Of a DNA stretch of 64,000 bases, positions 50,154-62,775 are shown piece by piece. The notes under the pieces are model-generated. The model was not told the origin of the DNA, did no database searches, and saw nothing but the letters and a program-made list of their open reading frames with translations. Positions within the stretch are counted from its first letter, which is position 1. Each line of letters starts with the position of its first letter. Where the stretch lies: assembly GCA_973895155.1 (NCBI GenBank), contig OZ316898.1, positions 19,913,292-19,977,291 on the forward strand, read 5' to 3'. Source of the DNA: Marsupella aquatica (Eukaryota > Plantae > Marchantiophyta). A program made the position numbers and the translations under genes.

Positions 50154-53100
50154 AAAAGGAACAAAAATGCCTTACCCGAAGACATGCCAAAATCCCAATA
50201 AAAGAGGAACAATGAAGGAACAAACTGGGAAAACCCAAGGGCCAAAAAGCCAAAGAGTCAAAAAGTATGACAACCTGAAAGACCAAAGAACTAAAGCCAT
50301 ATTGAAACACAAACCCCATTGCCTGTTGAGCTCTGGGGTGAACTGCATAGGAGGGGGGCTCTACTAGATGCCCTAAAACCATGCACTAACAAGGGTTTCA
50401 CTAAAGTGCAAGGGAAGAAGCATCAGGGGTGACCTCAAAGAGTGGTTCACAAATGCTAAGTGCACAGTGCAGCTTGTGTTGTGCACTTAGAAAGGATTTC
50501 ACTACAACTAGCTAACTACACTTCTGAGGACAAGCATTCTATGTGCACTTAAATAGGGTTTTCAGTAAGTCTAAGGGCACACTCCAAGGAGGAAGCATCA
50601 CTTCACGCTGGTTTGCACTATGGCTAAGTGCAAAATGGAATGTGAATAAAGATTGTACAGGGCCTCTGAGTGCAATGGGCCCTCCTGCAGTCTACACTGT
50701 CATGACTTCATTCTTTAATTGTACATCCCTACGCTAAACTTGATCCCCTACCTCATAATAAGCAAAATTTGTATTCCATGTACAAATGACATGCACTTAG
50801 TAATAATTGTGAGAAGGAATTGCCCACAGCAATTGTGCACTTACCAACAGGTGTTTGTACTTATGTATTTGTCATTTAGTATAGCCCTCTTTTCACTTAC
50901 TAAAACTGCAAAATAAGGGAAGAACCGGATGCATTGCAATTAGCCTGAATGCACTTCTGGAGTGTGCACATAGAGTGAGAAGACTGGACTGTTCTTCTCC
51001 TGCTGGTTTATATAAGAGACGAGAGAATATTAAAAAAGTGATGGTGCCCCTTGGTTTGACCCCTCAAGTGTGGTAGGGTTATCTATTTAGTCCTTGGCTA
51101 ACCATAGTCAGTCTAAACAGAGTTAGAACATTAAACATGGTTAAATAGACTTACCTAGCATATAGAGGAGCTAGAGAGAGCTTCTTAGTGAGGCTCGTGC
51201 TCATTTGTAAGAGAACAAACTCGGAGCAAGGAGAAAGATAGGAGCTTGTACTTGGGGGTTTGGTGTGGCTATGGTGGCCAAGTTTAGTAAACTCTTGCAT
51301 TCCTGTGGACATAGCCTTGATGATGGTGAACCATGTACTTCTGGAGTCAGTATGATGTGTGCTTGTTGGTGTCTTGTGTGAGGTGCTGTTGTTGTTCTCA
51401 ACAATGTGCCCCAGGCACATCAGGTACATTGACAAATCTGTGGCCCAAGGGGTTGCTGCCTGATCAGTGTTTACCACAACTAGATTGATCTGTGTTTACC
51501 ACCCTTCCCTCTCTTAGGCAGCAATGATCTCTATCTAAATTGGGGTCATTCAATTGCTAGGTTCAAACCTTAGGTGAGTTTTGTGTACTTCAAACTCGGG
51601 TTTTGGCAAAGTACCTTGGCCTTATCATATATTAGGCACCCACCTCACATAGAAGGTGTATAGCATAAAATAATGTAAGTGTTTACCTTTCAGGCACCCT
51701 CTCTTTGCTAGAACCTTGGTGATGTGGCAGACTCCTTGGACCTCATTGAGCGCAAGAAACTTGCCAGGGGACCCACCAAGACATGCATCCATTACAATTC
51801 TTTGTTGGTTTTAGGGCCACAATCTAGCCAAATCATTCTTCATGACCTTCCTATGATTGTGCTTGACCTTGACCTGCACCAGGATCTTCAGTTTGTTGCT
51901 TAGTAGTGTTGAGCGATCATGGACCGCTCATCAACAACCTGCACATATGAAACATCCAACGGGTGAGTAGTCAACACAAGATATTTGCCATTCACCTCTC
52001 CAAAGGTTATGTCTGCAGCAACACTTGAGAACTTTATTGGACTCTATGCCCGTCCGCCCTATTGAGTCTCCATAGACTAAGCTTTCATTTCTCTTAGATG
52101 GCTCTATAACAATGAGTCTCAGGTTGACTTACAAGCTGAGTATTTCTAGTGAATATAGTAGTGGCACATCTAACTTAATCAAGTACTTGGTGACCACAAT
52201 TAATCTCATGGTATCAAGTAATTAGGCATTTACTTTTAGCTATTTTTTAATGAATGAAAACTGAGCAAAATGAATAGTGTCATTTCACTACATATATGTC
52301 TAAGTCCAAACTCAAGAAAATATTTGTAGGTAATTGTTTTGGGCAACTTTGAATTCAAACCCAAACCATTGTAACAACACTTGAATTCAAAGTTCTTTTT
52401 TTAAAAGGCACCAAAACATACAGGAGTCTCTAGTTTAGAAGAATCTTCTGAGATGGCCTAAAGGCCCATCCTATTTCATACTGGTTTAGGTGTTTTGGCC
52501 TATTTCTTGTTCTCCCTTGATTGGGATTTTGGCCTGGGATCATGTGTGCGGATTCAGTGCCTCCTACTTTTGGCAGTTTGATATATATACAAGCCCTATG
52601 CCCGCGTTGCACGGTGCAAGGAGGGCAGGTCCATAGGGAATCGGGCCGGGCCATTTATGGGGCAGCATGGGAAGCACATGCTCATTTCCTCCATTAATGG
52701 TCAGGGAAAACAGCCAAAACGAATTCAATGGCAGTGGATCTTTCATGCACTTGAGCTTTTTGTTGGTATTGGGATGAACAACAAAACACCGGATCCCTTA
52801 TTATAGCTGTAGAATGTACAACACTATGTACCAGTGTATGTGATTCATGATCCACGTCATCCATACTTTAGAAGTGGAGACCAGGTCATTTGTGCAGATT
52901 ATGTGGTGCCCAGAAAGACAATTCTCTCGTATGATGAGAAATATGACGAGGTTATGTCGACGTGGGCTGTGATTGGCATCGTCGTGATCGACGAGGATCG
53001 ATCATTTCTTTCTCTTCGCAAGGTTGGGCCGAGAGGGCGCCATGTTTCCAGCATCTGCGTTGCTTTCGCGTACATTCTTCTTACTCCCCAACTATCTCCT

Positions 53101-53363
53101 GACCTGTAGCCGCACTCTGGGCATCAATTAAATCTCTCCATCACTCCTCTTGCGGATTAGACTCAGCTGACCAATTTGGAGCGTTGTGCTTTCCGTTCAG
53201 TAGAGGGAGAAGTGATGGCGACGGAGAATTCCATTCACCAGTTGAAGAATGCGCAAGGGAAATATTGAAGATGGTAGAGGGCACAATCATGAGGAATGGA
53301 GAACATTCTGGAGCATCATGAGCACTTCACCACCGGGAGGGTCGCAGAATGGTCGACTAGCTC

Positions 53364-53390
53364 ATGAGGAGGAAATTAGCGTTCGTTTAA
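53364..53390 (+). promoter_or_regulatory. 8-codon in-frame uORF (MRRKLAFV*) whose TAA directly precedes the RAB3GAP2-like ATG
   Basis: ATG AGG AGG AAA TTA GCG TTC GTT TAA ATG GCT GCT. Confidence 0.5.
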
Positions 53391-56300
53391 ATGGCTGCTC
53401 CGAAGGGCTTGCAGTATGTTGGGTGTGTAGCGATAGATGCCCTAGAGGAGGTGGGATCAGGAGTGGAGGGATGGATCGACAACCCGTCGGTGGTTTTTGC
53501 AATGACCAGAGACCAGATGGCTTTCGCACGCGAGCGTATATTGGTTCTGCAATTGAGATGGAAAGGTTCAGGAGATGCGTCTGAAGCTTTGTTGACACAG
53601 ATCGCTGTCTCATCGGAGTTTCGGGAGGTGGTGACGAGTTTGGAATGGTTGGCCTTTGATGAATTCACTGTTCTGGCCGTTGGCACATCCTTCGGAGCAC
53701 TTCTGCTTTACTCGCAATGGGGCGCTCTGTTGTTCCGGCAGGTTTGTCCAACACTAGGGTTTGGCTTCCCCTCCTACCTTTTATAATTACTATCATTCGT
53801 TGCGGATTTGTGTTGCCGATAATGTCGAAAGTTTCTAGCATTTTGCTTCTCTAAACTTTTGTGGCAATCGCAAAGATAAATATTCAGCAACGGAAAGCAA
53901 CCCCCTTTTGGATCCAGTGAGTAGAGATTGCATTCATCTTTTTGAACTCCTTACTCGCTTTGATAGGTAGGGAATACAATGGTTTTCCTTTTCTCAAGAG
54001 TGCAGGCCACATAGAATGCTGTTTAGCTGTACGCTCCTGCTCTCTGTTGAGGATCGGAACTGTCCTTTGAGACTCAATTACCCATTTGGAAGACCGCCAG
54101 TGGCACGCCAACTAAATTTAAACTAAGAGTACACTGAAAGGGACACTCAAACTTCGGTTTCACGTCTGAATGTACGCTGTATGTTGCAGCATTTCTCTTC
54201 CGGTCCTGTTCTACGCATACGAGCAAGACAGGACTGCAATCTAATAGTGGGTACCACCGCATCAGAGGACGTCTGCCTCGTCTTCCCGAAAGCCATTGTT
54301 CGGATTGATGTTCTGGACCTATATGTAAGAGGCTCAGCAATTCTTCGTCAGTCGAGTCACATTTCGTTTTTACCTTTGTGATGAATCTATGCAAACCCAA
54401 GACTTGTGGATGAAACGGGATGTTGAAGTCCGGGAGGAGAAAATTTTATCTTAGGGCATCACCTTACTGAATTTCAATATTTTACAGAGTAAACTTGAAA
54501 AATAGTCCATAGTACCTTTCAGGATTCACTGGTAGTGCTCACTCCATTTCCTGCATTATCAGGTGCTCCTTCGCAGGTTCATACCTCGCCGTGAGAGGAG
54601 CCGAGGTGGAGGCTCATCTGGAAGAAGACTAGGAGATTTGCAGAGAACTGAGAGTTTTAATTTCACGCTGGCGTATGAAATGTGGAATATCAGCAAGTCT
54701 GCGGCTTCTGGCACCTGCGCTGATGGAGTTCTTGCATGTGTCATGGCTCCTCCTCTCCTGGAACATCAGGTATTGTCACGCGTTGACATGAATACATGTC
54801 CCCTTTGTGAGACATGTCGTTAACCCCGACGTCCCCACTGTTATGTGATGATTTTTTTGCTGAGCTGAAGTTGCTCGTCTGCCAAGCTTTAACAGAACGA
54901 TGCTGCGTAATCAGTTAGTACTTGGCATGGCAGTGGATTTTTTCCTTATGAATTCCTGGGCATGGATTCCTCTATATCGAACTAATTGACAATTTTTGGA
55001 GCAGTTGAAGCGCCATTATTGTGCCCTAACTGTTGGACCAGACTACACATTAGCAGCCTTCAGGTAAAGTTTTGCTTCATTAGATTTGGTTCAGCTCTGA
55101 TTCCTTTCTCAACGACTGTATGAGCTGCTCTTTGAGTGTATCTCTAGAGTGATTTTTAAGGTCTAATGCTTTTGTCGTTGATAGTCCCGCGCGTAGTCTG
55201 ATGCACTTTGAACAGGGTTTCAGGAGAGAGGAGAAGTTCATTGGCAGGGGTTGTATTTGACAAGGTGATGCCCGCTGCAGTGTCAACGATAACTTCGCTC
55301 GCCAAGAGGTTCTTGCGGAGTGACCCAACATCAGAACGCAATAGACCCACGGAAGTTACTCCCCAGGCTTTTGGACGTGGTAAGAGCTAACAAAACTGAC
55401 TATCTGCCTCTCGCACCAACTCTCAGTGTAAAGGATATCCGTGCAAGATCAGTATACTATTGTCTACAGTGTCTTGGAGCAATGCTGAGACTCGTGGTAT
55501 CTTGAATGCAGCCACTCTAATAACAACTTTGCTGGACAACCGGAGGAAAGGAGTGAGTCTTGCCTTATCACCCAGTGGCTCACTGGCCGCTGTGACAGAT
55601 TCGCTCGGCCGTATATCACTGGTTGACGTGCAAGCTCTTGTGGTCGTCCGACTCTGGAAGGTGAGTTTCTTGCTACACGCTTTCTAAGTTTTAGGGATCG
55701 CTACTGCACAATCCTAGGTTCAAGTATTGGGAGCAAATGTGGTTATGCATGGTCCAGGAGGTTTTCTTAGAGGTCAAAGTACCATTGAAAGCTATGTGCA
55801 TTGACTAAGTTTAATCACTGAGGTTGTCTTTAGGCCCTAATCCGTTTTGCCTTACGCCCTATTTAGCTTCAGCACTCTTCACCTAGATGGTTTACAGATG
55901 TGCTATCTCATCGAGGCGTTGCACTTTGACACGGTTTAGTTATGCTTTGTTCTGATTACTCTCTATACTGTTTAGTGACTCATAACTAGTTATTAGGTCC
56001 GCTTATGTAACGAAAGTGCGACCAAGTTCAGGACAAAGTTGTTATCAATGCGTTGCATTTTCCCACAATGTGCCCAAACTGGGCTGACTTGCATTATAAG
56101 GTTTCAAAATTGTCTTTTCTTTACGTTCAGTGAATATGTATGGATGGAAGGATGCAGGGATACCGGGATGCACATTGCATGTTTTTTGAGGCCCCCCGAG
56201 ACGGACATCAAGGGTATGAGGAAATTCAGAGTAGAAGACGAAACACACTCGACAGAGACGACTTTAGTTTATGCCTTGCTATACATGCCCCTAGAAGAGG

Positions 56301-56736
56301 GTATATTGAGGTACAGTGTGTGCCAAGTTGCTATTCTATTTCTGAAGGCTGTCCGTATCTAGCCACTCATTCTTCGTTCATCAAGGACTGAGGCAGTGTT
56401 TTTAATATGGAGGTTGATTTTCTCAGCATATTCGACCTTGCGAATTCATCTTCAATTTTTGTTATTGAGACATTGTAGTTCATACTCCTCAATATTTGCA
56501 GTCGCTTTGGTTGACATGTTATGCAGGTCTGGCAGATGCGGTATGGTGCGCGTCTTATGGTTGTAAGATGTACAGAGAGCTGCCGGCTCGTTCAACCCTC
56601 TTGCAAGTTTAAGTTTTCAAATGAGCCAATGACACAGGAGAGTATGGACCAAGATGAGTTTCTCCCTACGAAGGTGTACATTTTCTATGCAAACTCAGGG
56701 ATTCTGTCAGTGCTGAATCCCTTCTTGCTGACGTGA
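53391..56736 (+). CDS. Rab3 GTPase-activating protein non-catalytic subunit (RAB3GAP2) N-terminal-domain protein, 8 exons, ~475 aa
   Basis: Exons 53391-53741, 54190-54324, 54563-54769, 55005-55063, 55216-55379, 55512-55660, 56158-56310, 56527-56736. Motifs: VTSLEWLAFD..LAVGTSFG; LALSPSGSLAAVTDSLGRISLVD..VVVRLWKGYRDA; LAIHAPRRGYIEVWQMRYGAR, characteristic of RAB3GAP2_N. Confidence 0.9.
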
Positions 56737-59257
56737 CCATAATTTCGTCACGGCGAGAATGTGATGGCAATGGCGATAGAGGGTAAAGCCAAGCTTTGAA
56801 GCATGTATCGGCGGGCAATTTTGGTCAGAGGGTCATCCTCGGCTCTAATTCATGCCGAAAGTCATGATTGCAGAAGTCTCAAGGCTGAGACAAGTTGAGA
56901 CGACTGAAATCCTTTAGTGGGAGAAGTGTTGGCATTGCAGGCTCAGGGGCACATGAAGTATTTGTCTTGGAAGATTGTTTTTAATTCTTTCCTGGCTACT
57001 CTTTAAATTAAAGCTCATCTCTTCGCATTTGACACTTTAGACAAAGTCAGGCCTTACATTTAATCTGGTTGAGAGCTCATACAATGTAAGTATTCCAGGA
57101 TTAGGACACAATTATAGACGAACTGAAATATATTATTGTCTAGTCGTAATTTTTTACTCCACGAAAATGATCAACTTTAAATGGAAACACATGGCAATGG
57201 GTTTCATGAACTTTTTCTTCTGTTTCGGCAGATAACTTGAATACGTTATCTCAAACACGTTCGAGCGGGATAGATGAACCTTTAATTACTCTCATCACCA
57301 CAGGCAAACGAGACATTAAAAATAGGAGCTGCTAAACGGAAAGCAAAGAACTCCTAAAACAATGACGTGGTGAGTGCACATACTTACCCTAGCAACATTT
57401 ACATGAATAAAACTGTCAACTGTAAAACTCAGGAAAGATGGCAGTCGATCAGAGAGAAAATAAGAGCATTCTGTTACTCTTTGAGGTAAGTGAGCTCTCA
57501 TAATTTGCAATCAGAGTTTGGGACTGTTGTTGGAATTTTCGTGTTTTTGGTTTGAACCTTAGTGGGGCTTTTCGCTGGTTTTCTAGCCTTATTGAGTATT
57601 TTACCTTTGTGATCTCCTGTTTGGCACATTGCATTTTGTTCTTTGGTATCTTTTTTGGTGCATTTTTGTTCTTTGGCAGTGTGTTTAAAATATATATCAG
57701 AGTCCACACCATTCAGACCTTCAAGGAGTGTTCTGGTCGTGAGTCATGCATGGTGGTCACAAACTCACAGTAAGTACACTCTTTTTCCTTTGGGTCATTT
57801 CAATAGTCATATTAATAGAATTGAATTCTGTTCTAATATTGGTCGCTCTGTTGCAGTCAATTTTTTAATTAAATTTTGTGTAGTCTAGCTATGAAGCCTT
57901 CTGAGATTTATGACCATGTCTGTCTGTACCGAGTCAGTTCCATGATAGGAGAATTTCAGTGAAGGCTGAAGCCAGTAAAGAACAAGGGAATGATTATTTC
58001 TTGAGTGAAGGCTCCAGCCAGAAAAGAAGAACAAGGAAATGATTATTTCATTGCTCCATCAGATCACTAAGTTTATCAAATTATTCACAGTTTTTCAAAA
58101 TAGTTCTATGATTTATTTATTATATAATAATAATTAACTGAAAATAAATTTGAAATGTCCTTGCTTGCAAACCATACTGGCCCAACGAACATACAAGAAT
58201 ATGCCATGCTCACTCTCAAACACTCGACACACATTCTCCAGCTTGATGGACAATCCCGCTTGACATGACATGGTGACAATATGACATGTAGCCAAATCAG
58301 ATCCAACTGAATGCCTACTTCGAGTGATTGTTTCTTTGTATTTTGACCAGAAGTTGAACTGGCTTACTGTTATGGAGCGAAAATATAAAGTGACCCACCT
58401 AGCATTTATTCATCAATAGTACTCATAAATTTGTCTGGAATAGATGTACCAAGTCTGTACCAGGTCAGCTTTCATGCTGAGGTCAAACAGTACAGACTCT
58501 GGAGCGGAGCATTTTCCCCTTTATGGCACGCAATCATTTCATCCGAGTGAATTTGTATGGCACTTGGCTCAACCCACACACGCACCAACCCTCCCCCACA
58601 CCCCGCTTCCGTTTTTTTATTCTTTATGGCGCAGAATCGTTTCCTTCGAGTGAGTTCATTCGAGTGAATTTGTTTGGCAGAGTGCTGTACAACAACATGT
58701 GAAGTGGGGAACTTAGTTCCTTGTGAGCTCGACCCGGCCAACCAAGGATCCCGCCGTAGTACTGTACAGTAGAGCTCTCAATCAGGTGCTGACGGAGGCG
58801 ATGCCGCTGCCTTCCGAGCTCCCACATTAGAGACCATGGCCAAAAGGTCCACAAAGGCGTGGTACTGAGCATGGAAGACCTCGCATGACTTCATCCGATG
58901 CCGAGACGATCGTAGTCAGCGCAGAGCAAAACAGTGATATCAGCCCTGAAATCACACAACAAATAAAGCTTCCGGCACATGTATTATTATGTTTGAAAAG
59001 TTATGCTTAGTTTGTCGCCACCTAATCCAACACACCACTCGAATCCTCCACTCTCACTTCCAGAATGAAGTCCGAGTGGTTTGCTAACACTACCTATTGG
59101 AAAACACGTCATTTAGTTTAGTACACACTTCTACAGACTTGAAGAATCGCAAGTCAACATTTGTGAGCTAAGAATGGAGTACTTCGATGTAAAATTTGTA
59201 AGAGAAGGAATTTGGACATTTCAAAGCTGGTGCACCTTGCGTAAGGTTCACTGAAAA

Positions 59258-60967
59258 TCATCTTGCCCGCTTCAACTCGGCTTTCAGGACTGTAACTCTA
59301 ACTGAAACGTCTGCGTCGTGCTTTGGATCCCAGGCGGGAACGAACGTGACGTCCAGCGACTGTTGGCGAGTGATACCCAGAATCTGGAGCGTATCTCTGA
59401 TGCCAATGGTTTTACTGAACTTCCGAGCAACAGTCAGGTTCATTCGATCACGAAGCCCTTCGGCATCGACTACCACGCCACCGAGAAATTCCACACAATG
59501 CTGGATAGTGTTCTCGTCTGCTTCCGGAAGCTCCATGAAGATTTTGATCAGCACGCTGACGTTGAAGGGCTTTTCCACGACTCCCATAATCAGTAACACC
59601 TCATCATACACCAACGAGTCCTCTTGGCTCCTTAGCACCTTGGTCCTACACACTTGCGAGGTCACCGCCGCTCTCCTCACTCCTCCTAAGGAAAGTTTCA
59701 CTCCATTTGTTTCTTTATGAACAAAATTTCCGAGCCCCAACATTTCTATAAACGGAATACTTCTGTACATGCCGCCGATGACCACTTCGCGCCAGAATCG
59801 TTTAGGAATGCTGGCTCGGGCATACTTGGGATCCATGTCCCGAATGGATTTCGGAGTGTAATTCATCCAGTCGGAATCCACTTGCTCGTAGGTGACCCTG
59901 AAGTTCTCGAATTTCAAACTATCGCGAACATTAATACGCACGAGGTCCGCATTCTCGTCATAGAGGAGGAACTCGGAATCAAGCCAGTCAGGGTCATCGT
60001 AGTCTTGGCCCCCCCAGTTCTTCCATATCCACCACAAGCGGTCTACTTGGGAGTGGTGCGCAAAAAAGATAGGATCCCGTGCTGCTGAGTAAGCGGGATG
60101 CATGTCTTCTCCATTTGGATTCTCTGGATCACCAGTCCAACCATGGACGGCCCCATGCGGACCCGATTCGAGCACCCCTCCAACTTGAATGTATTCGTCC
60201 TCGAGCGAAACTTTCCCCCCATAGAAGGCCTCGGGAGTCTGGACTTGGCCTATCATCGACCGCCACAAGTTATAATAGTTATCATTCAACAGCTCTTCAG
60301 GATCCCTATTACCTACTGGAGACGGATACTGTAAGTCGACCCTGCCTGGAGGCTGGTGGAGTTTAGATCGATTTTCATCGTATAGGCTAGAATTCTTGTT
60401 GACGTAGATGGGTGGCATGATGTTGGCTGGTGGGTTATGTTCATTCTGCACATCCCACGCCCAGTAGGGAATGGCGAAGGTATCATCACCTATGAGGCTT
60501 GCGAGAATTCGCTCATGGAAATAGAGGTACCAGCGGTGGAACGGTAAAACAAACCAACCCATATGCACACTCAGTGCTGTGGAAGAGTTGAATCTGTTAT
60601 ACGCTGCTGAACAGTAGGAACAATGGAGCACTGACTGCGCTTTAAAGGACCGGGGGTCTTCGGGCGGGAGAGCTCTCATGAGCTCCATTGCTCGCTCATA
60701 CTTGCGGATGAATTCGTCATCTAACTTGTGGGCAGGTCTGCGAACTCGCATGGGCAGGTCCAAGTTAAATTTGAAGTCCTTGATGGGTCTGCTTGTGTCA
60801 ACGAAGCAGCAGTCGATTGCATCAGCAGCAGTTCTTGTAGGAGGAATCACTGGCTTACAACTGTTCAAGTCAGGGCCTAGAATGGGAAGTCCCTCAACAA
60901 ATACCGACAATGTCGGGACAAGGACCACCGCAAAGCAGACGGCAATGCACACTTGTTTCGACACCAT
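59258..60967 (-). CDS. PPO: Polyphenol oxidase (type-3 copper; tyrosinase + DWL + diverged KFDV domains), intronless CDS, N-terminal secretory-type signal peptide
   Basis: First ATG at 60967 (MVSKQVCIAVCFAVVLVPTLSVFVEG|LP). Motifs: PDLNSC..DCC; RVRRPAH; CuA HCSYC..VHMGWFVLPFHRWYLYFHERILASLIGDDTFAIPYW; CuB ESGPHGAVHGWTG..DM..YSAARDPIFFAHHSQVDR; DPDWLDSEFLLYDEN. Confidence 0.95.
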   Translation of the reverse strand: MVSKQVCIAVCFAVVLVPTLSVFVEGLPILGPDLNSCKPVIPPTRTAADAIDCCFVDTSRPIKDFKFNLDLPMRVRRPAHKLDDEFIRKYERAMELMRALPPEDPRSFKAQSVLHCSYCSAAYNRFNSSTALSVHMGWFVLPFHRWYLYFHERILASLIGDDTFAIPYWAWDVQNEHNPPANIMPPIYVNKNSSLYDENRSKLHQPPGRVDLQYPSPVGNRDPEELLNDNYYNLWRSMIGQVQTPEAFYGGKVSLEDEYIQVGGVLESGPHGAVHGWTGDPENPNGEDMHPAYSAARDPIFFAHHSQVDRLWWIWKNWGGQDYDDPDWLDSEFLLYDENADLVRINVRDSLKFENFRVTYEQVDSDWMNYTPKSIRDMDPKYARASIPKRFWREVVIGGMYRSIPFIEMLGLGNFVHKETNGVKLSLGGVRRAAVTSQVCRTKVLRSQEDSLVYDEVLLIMGVVEKPFNVSVLIKIFMELPEADENTIQHCVEFLGGVVVDAEGLRDRMNLTVARKFSKTIGIRDTLQILGITRQQSLDVTFVPAWDPKHDADVSVRVTVLKAELKRAR

Positions 60968-62775
60968 CCCTTCTCCTAATGCAGGTGCTCGCTGCCGCAA
61001 CTTGGCCTCGATCTTCTCCACAACTCCAGCGCGAGGACCTGCACCAGGTAGGAACTTAAGATATGAAATCAACTAACGGTAGTGACAGTACCTTCGAATT
61101 CGGCCGAATTTTGTGAATATGTGTCGACTGGAGAAAAACTCTCTTAGAACAATCTTAGAACAATCAAGTTCACAATCACTACTTTGTGAAACCTAGAATA
61201 TGAACGTACACGTCTAAAACTACGTAAAAATAGCTTTATTCGACATCGTTCTATACCCTGGAACTTCGTCTAGTTGTAACGTCACGAAGATAAAATGCCA
61301 CGAATTGAAGTTTATTAAAGAACGGTGGCAGTAGAATATCCTGAGGTGAATGATACCCTGATCGACAGAATTTTTCACACAACGCCAAATACTCTCTGAG
61401 AGAATACTGCAGGAGTGCCTCGGACACTACTATGACAAAGTATTTGAATGTAATTTGACAAACTGCGAGGACTGCCATTGACACACGAATATCTGCTTGT
61501 CATCCATCTCCAGCATTGCGCCCGGCCCTTCGGGTGGACAATTAACTAAGGGTTCTCAGATGCAGGAAATAAACTTATTGTGCAATGACTAATCTCAAGA
61601 CGAAAAGAAATCTTGGTCCCTTCTTCACATGGTGCTACTCCACAAAAGGCTGCAAGGGAAGACATCCCGCCATGCCGGAAGTGACACCTTCCTCTCTGGA
61701 ATACTATCGTGGCATGGCGCGACAAGAAAAACACCTGACTGTAACAATGCAATCGATCTCTATTTTATCAAATTTGACAGAGAAATGCTTTCCAGGTCCT
61801 ATAGCTAGCAACATTGGTCTCACGATGTTTGGGAGCTCAACGCTCACACACACAAACTACCAAATACCAACTCGAAAAGGTGCACAGAACATTAGTTCCA
61901 ACGACAAAATGGTCAAGCTTCAGTCAAGCAAAATAACACGAAGTCGAGATGTTCATCTCTACGGGACAAAGTGGTTGTACTAATTTCCCAAACAAATATC
62001 AGCCCAAAGACATCGAAAGAAAAGCCAGGAGGGATCGTTTCTGCCAACCTAGTAGAGACAGGAGGGACGATAATGTACAGAGCTGGAAAGGGTGGAAACT
62101 GAGACGAGAAATCATAACTGGTCTCACCTGCCTTGATCAACATTGCACAGAACGACTCATTGGCTTGTTTGCGTCGGGATTCACCCGGTAACGAGCTGTC
62201 CTTGCCCTCGCCTTTCTATTATATGCTGAACTGAATGCAATTGAGGCTGCTCTTATGTCTAGCAGGTCAGTGGCGGAACGAATCTGTTGGAAGCCATTTT
62301 CCGAACCTCGTCGATTGACCTCCATGTCAGTCTGCCTTTGATTTAGTTACGATGCACTAGATACAGATCTGATCGTTTGAGGCTGTCACCAAACTCTTGC
62401 TGCAGACTGCCGAAACATTACCCCAATGTCAAAATTAGCGCCAAAATTCGGTTTGCTGGAGAAATACATCGGGAAATGGGAAGTGCATAAATCTACTGTA
62501 CTGACACGACAGTCTAAAAAGCTTTGTATAATGTACGTGAAACATTCCTCTCTCTTGAAATTGGAGGTATTTGCTTGATGGACCCCAAAATGAAACTTGT
62601 TACTTCATAACCCCCTGAAAGTCTATCAAGGGTCCAAATCTGAGATCTAAAGGTCCATCAAGGATCCAGATTGGGGAAAAGCATGGAGGGGGTTTATTAA
62701 GCAAACTTTTTCAAGAAGGGGTCTACTAAGCATATGAAATTGGCAAGGAACATGTGTGTAGGCCAACTATAAGCA

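Noticed and set aside
60968-61072. 35-aa N-terminal extension of PPO in the ORF track
   Set aside because: It begins at a non-ATG codon; the first ATG at 60967 yields a clean signal peptide.
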